Of a DNA stretch of 44,656 nt, positions 16,843-24,740 are shown one piece after another. The stretch lies in the IMG/VR virus record IMGVR_UViG_3300045988_024106. One strand, given 5' to 3'. Position 1 is the stretch's first letter. Every line of letters begins with the position of its first letter. Source of the DNA: a virus (lineage: Duplodnaviria > Heunggongvirae > Uroviricota > Caudoviricetes). The position numbers and the translations under genes are program-made. Below the pieces are notes generated by a model, which was not told the origin of the DNA, did not search any database, and saw only the letters and a program-made list of their open reading frames with translations.

Positions 16843-17074
16843 TGCGATACTTCTCCAGAATCTCACCTACTCTATCGTATGCATATTCGTCCGGTATTAC
16901 CCCGTAGCCCAGGTCATTGTCCAGCTTAACTAGCATATCCAGGATACCGTTCAGATTGGATTCTAGTTTCGCGTAGTCCTCGTAACTTACATACCGCCCT
17001 TCATGAGAGTCCGGCACCGGCGTTATATCTACCGCACCCGCGAAATCTTCTGTTAAGTCGTATCGTACAACCAT
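16826..17074 (-). CDS. Hypothetical protein, tandem paralogue A (YV.YEDYAKLE motif)
   Basis: 82 aa from ATG at 17072-17074 (MVVRYDL...); shares MV.RY.L and G.YV.YEDYAKLE with the adjacent upstream gene. Confidence 0.45.
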   Translation of the reverse strand: MVVRYDLTEDFAGAVDITPVPDSHEGRYVSYEDYAKLESNLNGILDMLVKLDNDLGYGVIPDEYAYDRVGEILEKYRNEPRN

Positions 17075-17268
17075 CACTCCACCCCTTCCACACGTGTAAC
17101 TGACCCACAGTTCGCGCACTCGACGTAATCCGGGAACTGGTCTTTGTATTTCTGTAACTCGGCTTCGAGTTTCGCGTAGTCTTCGTACTCTACGTACCCA
17201 CCATCATCGCACGGGTTTACCGAACCACCTTTTTGATGGAACAACTCTAATTCGTATCTCTGTACCAT
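17074..17268 (-). CDS. Hypothetical protein, tandem paralogue B (YV.YEDYAKLE motif)
   Basis: 64 aa (MVQRYELELF...GGYVEYEDYAKLEAEL...); ATGA overlap with paralogue A. Confidence 0.45.
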   Translation of the reverse strand: MVQRYELELFHQKGGSVNPCDDGGYVEYEDYAKLEAELQKYKDQFPDYVECANCGSVTRVEGVE

Positions 17269-17270
17269 AA

Positions 17271-17474
17271 TTATTTCTCCTGTTTACCAAGTCGCTTAGG
17301 TGAGCAGATAGCGCGTACCTCTGAATCATTGGGCTTGTCGCCCTGGAACAAGAAGTGCGCGTTTTCTGCGGCGCGTGCCGCTGACTGACACGCCTCCATC
17401 GAATAAAACGTTTCTGATGCCGCCAGGTGCATCTGGCCTGCGGACAATACCCAGATAAATAAGATGCTGGTCAT
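17271..17474 (-). CDS. Small secreted/membrane protein
   Basis: 67 aa from ATG at 17472-17474; N-terminal hydrophobic signal-like segment MTSILFIWVLSAGQMHLAA. Confidence 0.4.
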   Translation of the reverse strand: MTSILFIWVLSAGQMHLAASETFYSMEACQSAARAAENAHFLFQGDKPNDSEVRAICSPKRLGKQEK

Positions 17475-17840
17475 TTTATTTTCCCGCATTTATAGCACTG
17501 CTGTAAGTCGCTACACCACGTAACCAAACGATAGTCGTGCTCGCACTCCTCAGCTTTGGTCGCGCCGCAATTAATACATCCGGGTAAAGGTTTGCTCGGG
17601 GTAGGGTCTCCGGAAATGCCACCACCCTTACGTATAAGTTTATACGCCTCCGCATCACCCGTAGCTGTAGCCAATGCCAGATGCAACTCCTTAATCTGTT
17701 TTGACGCATCACGTAACTGATTCTTAAGTGACTGCACCTCATGCGCCAGGTCTTCGCACTGTTGCTTGTACGGTGGGTTACTTACCTGCTGCCGTAGCTG
17801 GTCAATCAGGTACTCGAATACTTCGTTTTTTGCTACTCAT
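17471..17840 (-). CDS. Hypothetical Cys-rich protein interrupted by a +1 frameshift in an A6 tract
   Basis: ATG at 17838-17840 with RBS GGAGA; frame stops after 12 codons, but the +1 frame continues from the A6 run (17826-17831) into ORF 17471..17737 (C-terminal CINCG...CYKCG). Confidence 0.4.
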
Positions 17841-18060
17841 TGGTTTCTCCTAACACCGACTCAATAATGTAAGTATGGACCGCATGGGTTAATGTGTCGC
17901 CGTATGACACGCCTGGCGTACCAGGGATACCCGCCATCCAACGCATATCACCTTTCGACTGGCGACCTATCATGTGGATGCCGTACCTCTCTACAAGGAT
18001 GTCCACCTCATCGAGAATCCCCTTGCGGCGTAACAGCGCACGTGCTTTTGCGGGGGTCAT
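17833..18060 (-). CDS. Hypothetical protein
   Basis: 75-aa ORF; ATG overlaps the upstream stop (ATGA). Confidence 0.45.
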   Translation of the reverse strand: MTPAKARALLRRKGILDEVDILVERYGIHMIGRQSKGDMRWMAGIPGTPGVSYGDTLTHAVHTYIIESVLGETNE

Positions 18061-18224
18061 TGCGCAACCTCATACAAAGTTTCCGGGTAACCCCATGTTG
18101 CTTTAGCAACAAGATTATTATCACTATCAACGTATATAGACTCTGGCGTACCTGCATTAATAACCATGTGATACATAAGACCTTCTACTGTGCTGAAAAA
18201 CTCATCTTTAGTTACTGCTTTCAT
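18057..18224 (-). CDS. Hypothetical protein (55 aa)
   Basis: Manual translation MKAVTKDEFFSTVEGLMYHMV...; RBS GGAGAG; directly downstream of P-box 18253-18285. Confidence 0.4.
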   Translation of the reverse strand: MKAVTKDEFFSTVEGLMYHMVINAGTPESIYVDSDNNLVAKATWGYPETLYEVAQ

Positions 18225-18252
18225 CTTCTGTCTCTCCTCTCGTTTGTGTAAA

Positions 18253-18285
18253 TGAATAGTAGCCTATTCTATCTTAGTGTGCAAG
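18253..18285 (-). promoter_or_regulatory. Promoter/operator box (P-box), minus orientation
   Basis: Reverse complement cttgcacactaagatagaataggctactattca matches the plus-strand P-boxes; palindrome AATAG-tagc-CTATT. Confidence 0.55.
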
Positions 18286-18291
18286 TAAATT

Positions 18292-18462
18292 TTATTGGTG
18301 TTTTAAAGATAATCGTTCACCTCTAATCCAGTAGTACCTCGGGCGTCGGGCCCACTGACGCCAGCGCATAACACGGTACTTGTTGCCGTCTGACGCAACA
18401 ATAAGCCCGAATCGCTTTTCTCCGTTTCTACCGGTCCAGGTTACGATGTCATTCAGTTTCAC
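18292..18462 (-). CDS. Hypothetical protein (56 aa, GTG start)
   Basis: Manual translation (M)KLNDIVTWTGRNGEKRFGLIV...; RBS AGGAG 8 nt upstream of GTG; low confidence. Confidence 0.25.
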   Translation of the reverse strand: MKLNDIVTWTGRNGEKRFGLIVASDGNKYRVMRWRQWARRPRYYWIRGERLSLKHQ

Positions 18463-18532
18463 TGTTGCATCTCCTGCAATAGTCGCTTCGATTGTTGCGT
18501 TTGGTGAAATAGAACAAAAATGAGAAAAATGA

Positions 18533-18554
18533 TACGCTGCTGTGTAGCAGCGTA
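18533..18554 (-). terminator. Rho-independent terminator (minus strand)
   Basis: 8-bp stem tacgctgc / gcagcgta; on the minus strand followed by the T-rich tcatttttctcatttttgtt; downstream of the DUF551 gene. Confidence 0.6.
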
Positions 18555-18586
18555 AGTCACTCAGTAAAGTCCCAAACTATTGACCA

Positions 18587-18796
18587 TCACACTTCCGGCG
18601 GCTCAGGTAATGGCATCCAGTGGGATGGCTTCCACGAAGCGCCAGGAATTAGCCACCCATCATCAGCGTCAGGATGACCGGGAATATAAGTAGCCCACTT
18701 CATCCGCCAATCGCCTTTATGTCCAAACTCTGTAGCTACAAGAACGCCCGTCATTTTTGGGGGCATCCGCTCACTACACTTAATCCACTTACCCAT
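18587..18796 (-). CDS. DUF551-like protein
   Basis: 69 aa; ...WIKCSERMP...SHWMPLPEPPEV matches the DUF551 pattern (W...ERLP...HWMPLPEPP). Confidence 0.5.
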   Translation of the reverse strand: MGKWIKCSERMPPKMTGVLVATEFGHKGDWRMKWATYIPGHPDADDGWLIPGASWKPSHWMPLPEPPEV

Positions 18797-18947
18797 ATCT
18801 CACACCTCTTTCAATCAAGGATTGCACACCAGCTTTCCACGCCCGCCACGCGAGACGCGTCTTAACGTTCAGGTACTCTTTCTTTGAACCCTTGTTAACC
18901 GGCAGACCCTCGACGACGGCCCACCGCTCGAATGCTTCTCTCACAAC

Positions 18948-19139
18948 TTAGTCCTCCTCATCTCCTAAATCTGGATACACTATGAAATCCCCAAGCCTTT
19001 GCAGCTCCGCACCAGCCATAAAATAACCAAGTGCTTCGGCTCTTTCGGAATCTGTTTTAAACTCGGATAGCGGGTAACGTTCATAGAACTTGTTAATCAA
19101 AAACGCCTGGTCGAATTTAGTAGCATCGTAATTACTCAT
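18948..19139 (-). CDS. Hypothetical protein
   Basis: 63-aa ORF in the early gene array. Confidence 0.4.
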   Translation of the reverse strand: MSNYDATKFDQAFLINKFYERYPLSEFKTDSERAEALGYFMAGAELQRLGDFIVYPDLGDEED

Positions 19140-19342
19140 AGCCCTACCCCATGGTGCTTAAGGAAACTGTTTAACTTGTACTCACGGTACTGTACGGATG
19201 CTTTAGCGCGAGCTACAAACAACGCCTTTGAGGAAAAATAAGGCGTACTCTCCCATATATCGAGAGCTAATCTGGCGTTAGACAATCCGCGACGTAGACG
19301 CGCCAAACGAGATTTGTTATACGGACTCATACCAACCCCCAT
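19136..19342 (-). CDS. Hypothetical protein
   Basis: 68-aa ORF coupled to its neighbours. Confidence 0.4.
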   Translation of the reverse strand: MGVGMSPYNKSRLARLRRGLSNARLALDIWESTPYFSSKALFVARAKASVQYREYKLNSFLKHHGVGL

Positions 19343-19394
19343 AACGCGTGCACCACATAAACGGCGCTGACAATTAAAATAAACGGGTAATTAT

Positions 19395-19667
19395 TCATAC
19401 CACCCCCATCTTATCTTTAACGTGCACCCAGAACTCACCACAGTACCAGCACCACATAAGATTGGGCGTCTCGCGCACCCAACCGTAATCCTTACGCGCA
19501 CGAATCGGAATAATACCCTTAGTAAAATAATAACCTGTTCGTAGAAACTCAGGGTCGCGCGTCGCAGTGCGCCACATGTTGTAAAACTGCTCCAGCCCGG
19601 CACCCCGACGCAAAACCCGTATTTTATGGTTATATTCCGCTACTGTTTTCAGTTCAGTGTTATTCAT
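19395..19667 (-). CDS. Hypothetical protein
   Basis: 90-aa Trp/Tyr-rich ORF; no motif recognised. Confidence 0.4.
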   Translation of the reverse strand: MNNTELKTVAEYNHKIRVLRRGAGLEQFYNMWRTATRDPEFLRTGYYFTKGIIPIRARKDYGWVRETPNLMWCWYCGEFWVHVKDKMGVV

Positions 19668-19852
19668 CTACGGCAACCTCCCTCAGAGTCGTCGGCACGA
19701 GCATCATGATTCGATGCCGTTCTGGATTTAAATTCTGCGTTGAAACCTAACTTTGTTAAGGCGCAGCAATGGTCGAATGCTTCGCTTCTGCTTCTTGTTG
19801 AGTAACTAAATCTTCCACCTACATATACGTCGTAAATTAATTCTTCCATCAC
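19664..19852 (-). CDS. Hypothetical protein
   Basis: 62-aa ORF with stop/start overlap to the upstream gene. Confidence 0.4.
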   Translation of the reverse strand: MMEELIYDVYVGGRFSYSTRSRSEAFDHCCALTKLGFNAEFKSRTASNHDARADDSEGGCRR

Positions 19853-20043
19853 TTCACCCCTTTGAATTTAAAATTGTTGCCGATGAGTGTTAAATTATCT
19901 CGTAAGGCGTAACCATGTTTCTTTCGTACAAGACCCCATACGTCTACAGCGATACTATATTCATCTTCGTCCTGGGTAACTATCACGTACTGTCCGCAGC
20001 GTTTCGTTTTCACCAACTGACCCTTCTTAAACATAACCCTCAC
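19849..20043 (-). CDS. Hypothetical protein (first gene of the leftward early unit)
   Basis: 64-aa ORF; RBS GAGGAG; downstream of P-box 20065-20098. Confidence 0.45.
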   Translation of the reverse strand: MRVMFKKGQLVKTKRCGQYVIVTQDEDEYSIAVDVWGLVRKKHGYALRDNLTLIGNNFKFKGVK

Positions 20044-20064
20044 TCCTCTGTCTCGTTTCGATAA

Positions 20065-20098
20065 GTGAATAGTATCCTATTATGTTGGGGTGTGCAAG
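20065..20098 (-). promoter_or_regulatory. Promoter/operator box (P-box), leftward early promoter
   Basis: Reverse complement cttgcacaccccaacataataggatactattcac; palindrome AATAG-tatc-CTATT. Confidence 0.6.
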
Positions 20099-20164
20099 AG
20101 ATTAGTTACGTTGCCGTTGTGATTCTTTCGTGTAATAGGATAGCGAGCGAAACGAAACGAACGT

Positions 20165-20196
20165 GGTGCCGAAGGCACCAAGAGTGAGTGAGTGAG
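20165..20196. other. GC hairpin (ggtgcc-gaa-ggcacc) followed by (GAGT)n microrepeat
   Basis: Hairpin 20165-20179 and gagtgagtgagtgag 20182-20196; on the minus strand the hairpin is followed by a moderately T-rich tail. Confidence 0.4.
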
Positions 20197-20250
20197 CTTG
20201 CGGTTCTGACCTACGGCAAATCAGTAACTTATATACTTAGGCGGGAATTA

Positions 20251-20395
20251 CAATAGACTATGGCCCTTCCGAATGCGCCAGCGAGACTCACTCCACACGT
20301 CGAGACGTGCTCGTTTCGCCTGCCGCGCACCGCGGTCGCTTGTTCATACTTCACAAGCTCAGGTCGAGCTTAGCATATTTCTTAGTAAAAGTCAA
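20251..20395. repeat. Element R2: ~145-bp structured intergenic element, paralogous to R1 (7035-7177); candidate sRNA/regulatory element
   Basis: Alignment by eye to R1; nearly identical core 20330-20378; the upstream half has a different hairpin (cacgtc-ga-gacgtg) at the position of R1's ggac-ttac-gtcc. Confidence 0.6.
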
Positions 20396-20442
20396 TACCT
20401 GTAGCATCTTTTGTATCTTAGTAACTTTGTGTGTTGTTTCGG

Positions 20443-20471
20443 TTGCTTTTACATTCCCGCTATCCTATACT
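20443..20471 (+). promoter_or_regulatory. Sigma70-like rightward early promoter (TTGCTT-17-TATACT)
   Basis: -35 at 20443-20448, -10 at 20466-20471; ~30 nt upstream of the first plus-strand gene. Confidence 0.4.
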
Positions 20472-20502
20472 TGGCTTCACCGAACAAACAGGAGATATAG
20501 AA

Positions 20503-20685
20503 ATGCAACATTACATGACACAGAATGAAGTAGCTGAACGTATCGGGGTGACACGGCAGACAATTAATAACTGGTTGCGCAGTGGTAAATTCCCGGATTG
20601 TTGTATTAAGGTTATGGGTAGACGTTTACCGGGAACATTTGACCGTAATAAAGTTGAAGCGTGGATTAAGGAGAACGTGAAATGA
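20503..20685 (+). CDS. AlpA/excisionase-family HTH DNA-binding protein
   Basis: 60 aa from ATG at 20503 (RBS AGGAG); MTQNEVAERIGVTRQTINNWLRSGKFP is a typical HTH_17/AlpA-like helix-turn-helix. Confidence 0.6.
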   Translation: MQHYMTQNEVAERIGVTRQTINNWLRSGKFPDCCIKVMGRRLPGTFDRNKVEAWIKENVK

Positions 20686-20894
20686 TTGGGCGTATGGGTT
20701 GTTACTTTGAAAACGGTAAAGTTAAATACTGGTTTAAGTTTGCGTCGGAAATTACTGACAGCGGATTCTATGCGGAAATATGTAAGCCTAATCATTTGTC
20801 AGAACCTACGCGCATTATTAAGATGCCAATCGAGGCGTTGAGTAAATGCCGTTTCTATGATTCTGCGTACGCGTGGTTTGCGGGCGATAAGTAA
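20682..20894 (+). CDS. Hypothetical protein
   Basis: 70-aa ORF overlapping the upstream stop. Confidence 0.4.
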   Translation: MIGRMGCYFENGKVKYWFKFASEITDSGFYAEICKPNHLSEPTRIIKMPIEALSKCRFYDSAYAWFAGDK

Positions 20895-20962
20895 AAGAAA
20901 CCCCAACGCTATAACGTCGGGGTTAAAGTACAAATCATCAAAGTAAGCATAAGGATTATACA

Positions 20963-21091
20963 ATGACAAAGTTAATAGTTCCACAGCTACGCCGCCAGAA
21001 ACACGGCGCTGACTTCTTCGCACCGGTAAAGATGAACCGCGCAATGCGCCGTATGCAGGAAGCCTTAGAACGTGCGGAGAAAAAGAAATGA
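20963..21091 (+). CDS. Hypothetical small basic protein (42 aa)
   Basis: Manual translation MTKLIVPQLRRQKHGADFFAP...; RBS AAGGA; stop overlaps the primase-helicase start. Confidence 0.3.
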   Translation: MTKLIVPQLRRQKHGADFFAPVKMNRAMRRMQEALERAEKKK

Positions 21092-23349
21092 ATATTGTTT
21101 TTGCAGCGCTGCGAAACACATTCGATAAAAACCCGGTAGCGCGTGAAATGCCGCTGGAGCAGTTCGTAGAGTATGTCTGTGATACGTCGAAGCGTTTATC
21201 TGTAGACCCGTCGTGGACTAAGGAAGAGTACGACGCAGCCAAGATTAAGCAGAAGGCTATCGCACCTGTTGGTGGTCGCCGTAAAAACGCGATTCTGGAA
21301 GACAGTGTGGTTAAGTTCGACTTTGACCATCTCAACCGTACTCAGTACCGCGACCTGACACGCAAATTCAAGAACGCGCCGTTCTTCAATATTCTGCACA
21401 CGACGGCGTCGCACCAGCACGCGTGTAAAAACGGTGACTACGCTTTCCGCGTTCTCGTACCGGCCCGCACGCCGTTTAACTCTAACGACGCGTGGATGGT
21501 GCAACGTGCTATTTGTGCTGAGTTAGAAATAGACGAAGCATTGCGCGACCACTGCACAGAAGATGGCAACCGCCTTATCTACCTGCCGCATAAAGAGTCA
21601 AAGATAACGGTTACAGAAGGGCGTGTTATCCGTGCCGAGCGGTACATCAAGAAAGCCGAAGAGATGGGGCTGCGTAAACGTGAAGCTAAGACGCTTGCTG
21701 CCGATGAGCACGGGCTTAACGCAGATATAGCTCATTTCTGCGAAGCCGAGCTGGGCCTTGACGCTTTATCTTCCGGCCGAGGGTATGAAGTGCCATGCCC
21801 TAATGAACATCTGCATACTGGCAAAGGCTCTACCAGCATCATGCTCGATGGTAAAGAAGTGCGCTTTGTATGCCAGCATACGAACAACGGCGCTTGTACC
21901 GAGCTTAACCGTCGGCAACATTTGGCCTTGCGTATGTGCGGCCTGCCCGACGAGCTTAACGTAGACAAGCAACCTATCAGTATTAACAGCATTCGTGCGG
22001 CTTTGCCTGACTTACCTGACGAAGAGATTGAAGAACTGCACCGCACAGAGAACGAGGAGCCTGTAACTTGTACGCTGGAAGACCTCGAAGACGAGCCGGA
22101 AGTAGAAAAAGAACCTGCTTACTCCGTCGTAGATGGTCTTATGCAGACTAACGAATCATTCTACATTTGCGCAAAGTCCCACACCGGTAAGTCGACATTT
22201 AGTATGGCGATTGACGCCGCCATCACCGCCGAAAAAAGATATGCGTTCGGTGGCGCTGAGGTCGCAGAAGGTCATGCATTTATCTTCGCAGGCGAAGGTG
22301 CACAGTCGTTCGAGAGACATAAAAAATCTTTGCAGATTGCACTTGGCGATAGCCTCGACCGCTTACACATTATCGATTGTGTTGCTGAGGGGTGTAACTT
22401 ACTTGACGAAGCGTGGCGACGTAAGGCGGTGAGAATGATGCGCCGTGTTGCCGGTGAAGAGAGAATTGTAAAGGTTACGTTTGATACCCTGCAAACCTGT
22501 ATACCTGGCTTCGACGAAAACGACAACAGGTCAATGAAAGAAGCGGCGCAGGCGCTTAACGAAATAGCGTCTACGCTTAACGCCGCGGTAGGTGCTATGG
22601 TGCACCCGACTAAAAACATCGATGAAACTGTACCATCCGAGAACGGCATGATGCCGAAGGGCGGTAGTGATTTTCACAACTCCATCGATAACGGGATGTT
22701 CCTGCATAAACCAGACAACGACAATAACTTAGAGATAAACCTGTATCACATAAAGAACCGAAACGGAGAACGGCAGAAAGCCAGAGGATTCGTAATACAG
22801 AAGATTCAGATAGCGGAGCCACCGGAAAAGAAAGAACCAACTCACAACTTCATGGGACTCCCGGAAGGGTACAGTAGTGACGATGTACGAGATTTTGACG
22901 CAGGAAATCCGCACATCGATGTCTTTGTTAACTTTAACGCCTTCTCTGTCTTCGTGAAGAAAGTAGAAGGTATGACCGACGAACAGAAGGAAGCCGTTAA
23001 AGAAAAAGTAGGCCAGTTCGAGAAACTGGACACCAAAGAGGCTACGGTTATTTACGCATTAGGTAAATTGCAGGAGCAGGGCGACGACAAGCGAGGGTTT
23101 TCTATGTCCGCTATCGTCAAAGCGGCGAAAGAAGATAGTTACGGCGTACCGATTAACGCTAATAACGACCTTCGAAAAAAACTGGAAGAGATGCACGAGG
23201 CGGGGGTTATCGTCTCGGGTCTGGATAACAACAACAGACCTATCCCTAAGCAATACAGGTTGCCGTGGGGCATAAACGACAACAAGATTCCTAAGACAAT
23301 ATACGAACAGAATGAAATGCTTACAGTGACCGAGGAAGATTTGGAATAG
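21088..23349 (+). CDS. DNA primase/helicase (N-terminal primase-like and zinc-binding region, C-terminal P-loop RecA-like ATPase)
   Basis: 753 aa; Cys/His cluster CPNEHLH...CQHTNNGAC; Walker A AKSHTGKST in the C-terminal half; first large gene of the replication block. Confidence 0.6.
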   Translation: MNIVFAALRNTFDKNPVAREMPLEQFVEYVCDTSKRLSVDPSWTKEEYDAAKIKQKAIAPVGGRRKNAILEDSVVKFDFDHLNRTQYRDLTRKFKNAPFFNILHTTASHQHACKNGDYAFRVLVPARTPFNSNDAWMVQRAICAELEIDEALRDHCTEDGNRLIYLPHKESKITVTEGRVIRAERYIKKAEEMGLRKREAKTLAADEHGLNADIAHFCEAELGLDALSSGRGYEVPCPNEHLHTGKGSTSIMLDGKEVRFVCQHTNNGACTELNRRQHLALRMCGLPDELNVDKQPISINSIRAALPDLPDEEIEELHRTENEEPVTCTLEDLEDEPEVEKEPAYSVVDGLMQTNESFYICAKSHTGKSTFSMAIDAAITAEKRYAFGGAEVAEGHAFIFAGEGAQSFERHKKSLQIALGDSLDRLHIIDCVAEGCNLLDEAWRRKAVRMMRRVAGEERIVKVTFDTLQTCIPGFDENDNRSMKEAAQALNEIASTLNAAVGAMVHPTKNIDETVPSENGMMPKGGSDFHNSIDNGMFLHKPDNDNNLEINLYHIKNRNGERQKARGFVIQKIQIAEPPEKKEPTHNFMGLPEGYSSDDVRDFDAGNPHIDVFVNFNAFSVFVKKVEGMTDEQKEAVKEKVGQFEKLDTKEATVIYALGKLQEQGDDKRGFSMSAIVKAAKEDSYGVPINANNDLRKKLEEMHEAGVIVSGLDNNNRPIPKQYRLPWGINDNKIPKTIYEQNEMLTVTEEDLE

Positions 23350-23359
23350 GTAAAAAGAA

Positions 23360-23376
23360 AGGGGCGTTAAGCCCCT
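23360..23376. terminator. Hairpin terminator overlapping the XRE gene stop (aggggc-gttaa-gcccct)
   Basis: GC hairpin between convergent primase-helicase (+) and XRE (-) genes; T-rich tail on the minus strand. Confidence 0.5.
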
Positions 23377-23582
23377 TCACCGAACGCCAGCCACTTGGCG
23401 TCTACTTCCAGCACTTCTGCCAGTTTAAACAGCGTCGCCGGGCGGACATCCTGAGTTACACCGAGTGCCAGTTGGTTAATCGCGCCCTGGGAAACCCCAG
23501 CCAGAACAGCCAGACGGCGCTGGGAGATGCCGAGTTCTTTACGGCGTTGTTCTACACGGATGCCTAGTTCAGATGGTTGCAT
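23367..23582 (-). CDS. XRE-family (Cro/CI-type) HTH transcriptional regulator
   Basis: 71 aa; ...RRKELGISQRRLAVLAGVSQGAINQLALG is a canonical HTH_3 motif; sole minus-strand gene in the plus block; RBS AAGGAG. Confidence 0.75.
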   Translation of the reverse strand: MQPSELGIRVEQRRKELGISQRRLAVLAGVSQGAINQLALGVTQDVRPATLFKLAEVLEVDAKWLAFGEGA

Positions 23583-23610
23583 GTCAATTACTCCTTAGTC
23601 AGTTGATATG

Positions 23611-23677
23611 TGAATAGTACCATATTAATTATTTTAGGAAAGCCCATTGACATCATGAATAGTTAGCTATTATAGTT
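23611..23677. promoter_or_regulatory. Divergent control region with two operator palindromes and a TTGACA -35
   Basis: tgaatagtaccatatta (23611-23627) and tgaatagttagctattatagtt (23656-23677); TTGACA at 23647-23652; lies between the XRE gene and gene 23709. Confidence 0.55.
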
Positions 23678-23708
23678 AGCACATACCAAACGAGAGGAGA
23701 GAAACAAA

Positions 23709-23885
23709 ATGGCTAAACGTAAAGATTATGATGCTAACTGGAAAGTGTGGTTTCCCAACGTCATCCTAGAAGGACGTGGGGATGTTGAAGGTATGATTAC
23801 TCAGGCATTCCGTTTCTTACCCGAAAACATGCAGAAAGACATTCTTAAAGAACTTAACAATATCGCCGAACAGGAGAACAAATAA
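23709..23885 (+). CDS. Hypothetical protein (58 aa)
   Basis: Manual translation MAKRKDYDANWKVWFPNVILEGRGDV...; RBS GAGAGGAGAG; stop overlaps the next ATG. Confidence 0.4.
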   Translation: MAKRKDYDANWKVWFPNVILEGRGDVEGMITQAFRFLPENMQKDILKELNNIAEQENK

Positions 23886-24412
23886 TGTTAGAGAAATTCT
23901 TAGTATTACTGGAACGTTTCGTAGTTGCGCATGAACTGATTGCTGCGAACAGTGTGAAACAACCGACTAATAAATCTGTAGGTGAATTGACTGTTGACGT
24001 CGCGGTAACGGGGGTAGAGACAGTTAAAAAAGAACTGGCTAAAGCACTTGAAGAAGTCGAGAAGGCGAAAGAAATCCCGGTTGAAGGTGAAGACGTCGTT
24101 GACACTAAACCGGCAGAAGATGAGAAGCCGAAACGCAAGCCTGGCAAATCAAAACCAGCCCCTAAACCTGTAGAGGAACCAACACCGGAGCCGGAAGAAG
24201 AAGTCGATTACCAGTCTCTGCGTGACCAGATTCAGGCTATCGACGATGCGATTAACGAAGGTCCGAGCGATGCCGCGTGCGACGATTCCGATGAACTACT
24301 GGAAGAGTTCACCGGTAAGAAAATGAAGATTGCCGCGATTAAAGACGAAGACCTGGCTGAATATCTGGAACGCCTCACGGCAATCAAGAACAAGTATTTC
24401 GAAGAAGAATAA
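23885..24412 (+). CDS. Acidic early protein (possible DNA mimic), function unknown
   Basis: 175 aa, roughly a quarter Asp+Glu with Pro/Glu/Lys-rich linker (EEPTPEPEEEVDY...); early position. Confidence 0.4.
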   Translation: MLEKFLVLLERFVVAHELIAANSVKQPTNKSVGELTVDVAVTGVETVKKELAKALEEVEKAKEIPVEGEDVVDTKPAEDEKPKRKPGKSKPAPKPVEEPTPEPEEEVDYQSLRDQIQAIDDAINEGPSDAACDDSDELLEEFTGKKMKIAAIKDEDLAEYLERLTAIKNKYFEEE

Positions 24413-24425
24413 CTACTTAACTTAT

Positions 24426-24449
24426 GGTGCCCTCGCTATTGAGGGCACC
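24426..24449. other. Stable hairpin (9-bp stem ggtgccctc / gagggcacc) without a U-tract
   Basis: Perfect inverted repeat 14 nt after the stop of CDS 23885..24412; not a canonical terminator. Confidence 0.4.
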
Positions 24450-24467
24450 AAACTGAGGGTCAGAATT

Positions 24468-24740
24468 ATGATTTACCAACTCTACCGAGCCGTAGACAGG
24501 CGGGATAGCACAGAGGCGTTATGGCTGTTGCGCGCGCCGTCCGGTGCGCACCAGATGGAAGAGATGGCGTACTTAGGCAAAGTACCACGGCCTAAAGATA
24601 TAGGCCGTCACGTGTCGCAGATTAAGCGCACGACTTTCGCCAAGCCTGACTTTTATGTCTTCGAGTCGATGTATGGGTGGGCTATGCACTGCGAACATAA
24701 GACCCGGCATTTAATTGACCAGTGGGAGAACAGGGTATGA
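24468..24740 (+). CDS. Hypothetical protein
   Basis: 90 aa from ATG at 24468 (MIYQLYRAVDRRD...); the track ORF begins upstream at 24330. Confidence 0.4.
   Translation: MIYQLYRAVDRRDSTEALWLLRAPSGAHQMEEMAYLGKVPRPKDIGRHVSQIKRTTFAKPDFYVFESMYGWAMHCEHKTRHLIDQWENRV

Noticed and set aside
23360-23376. Hairpin after the primase-helicase gene as a plus-strand intrinsic terminator
   Set aside because: The plus-strand side lacks a U-tract (tail tcaccgaacg); the hairpin works better as the minus-strand terminator of the XRE gene, so it is listed as bidirectional with that caveat.
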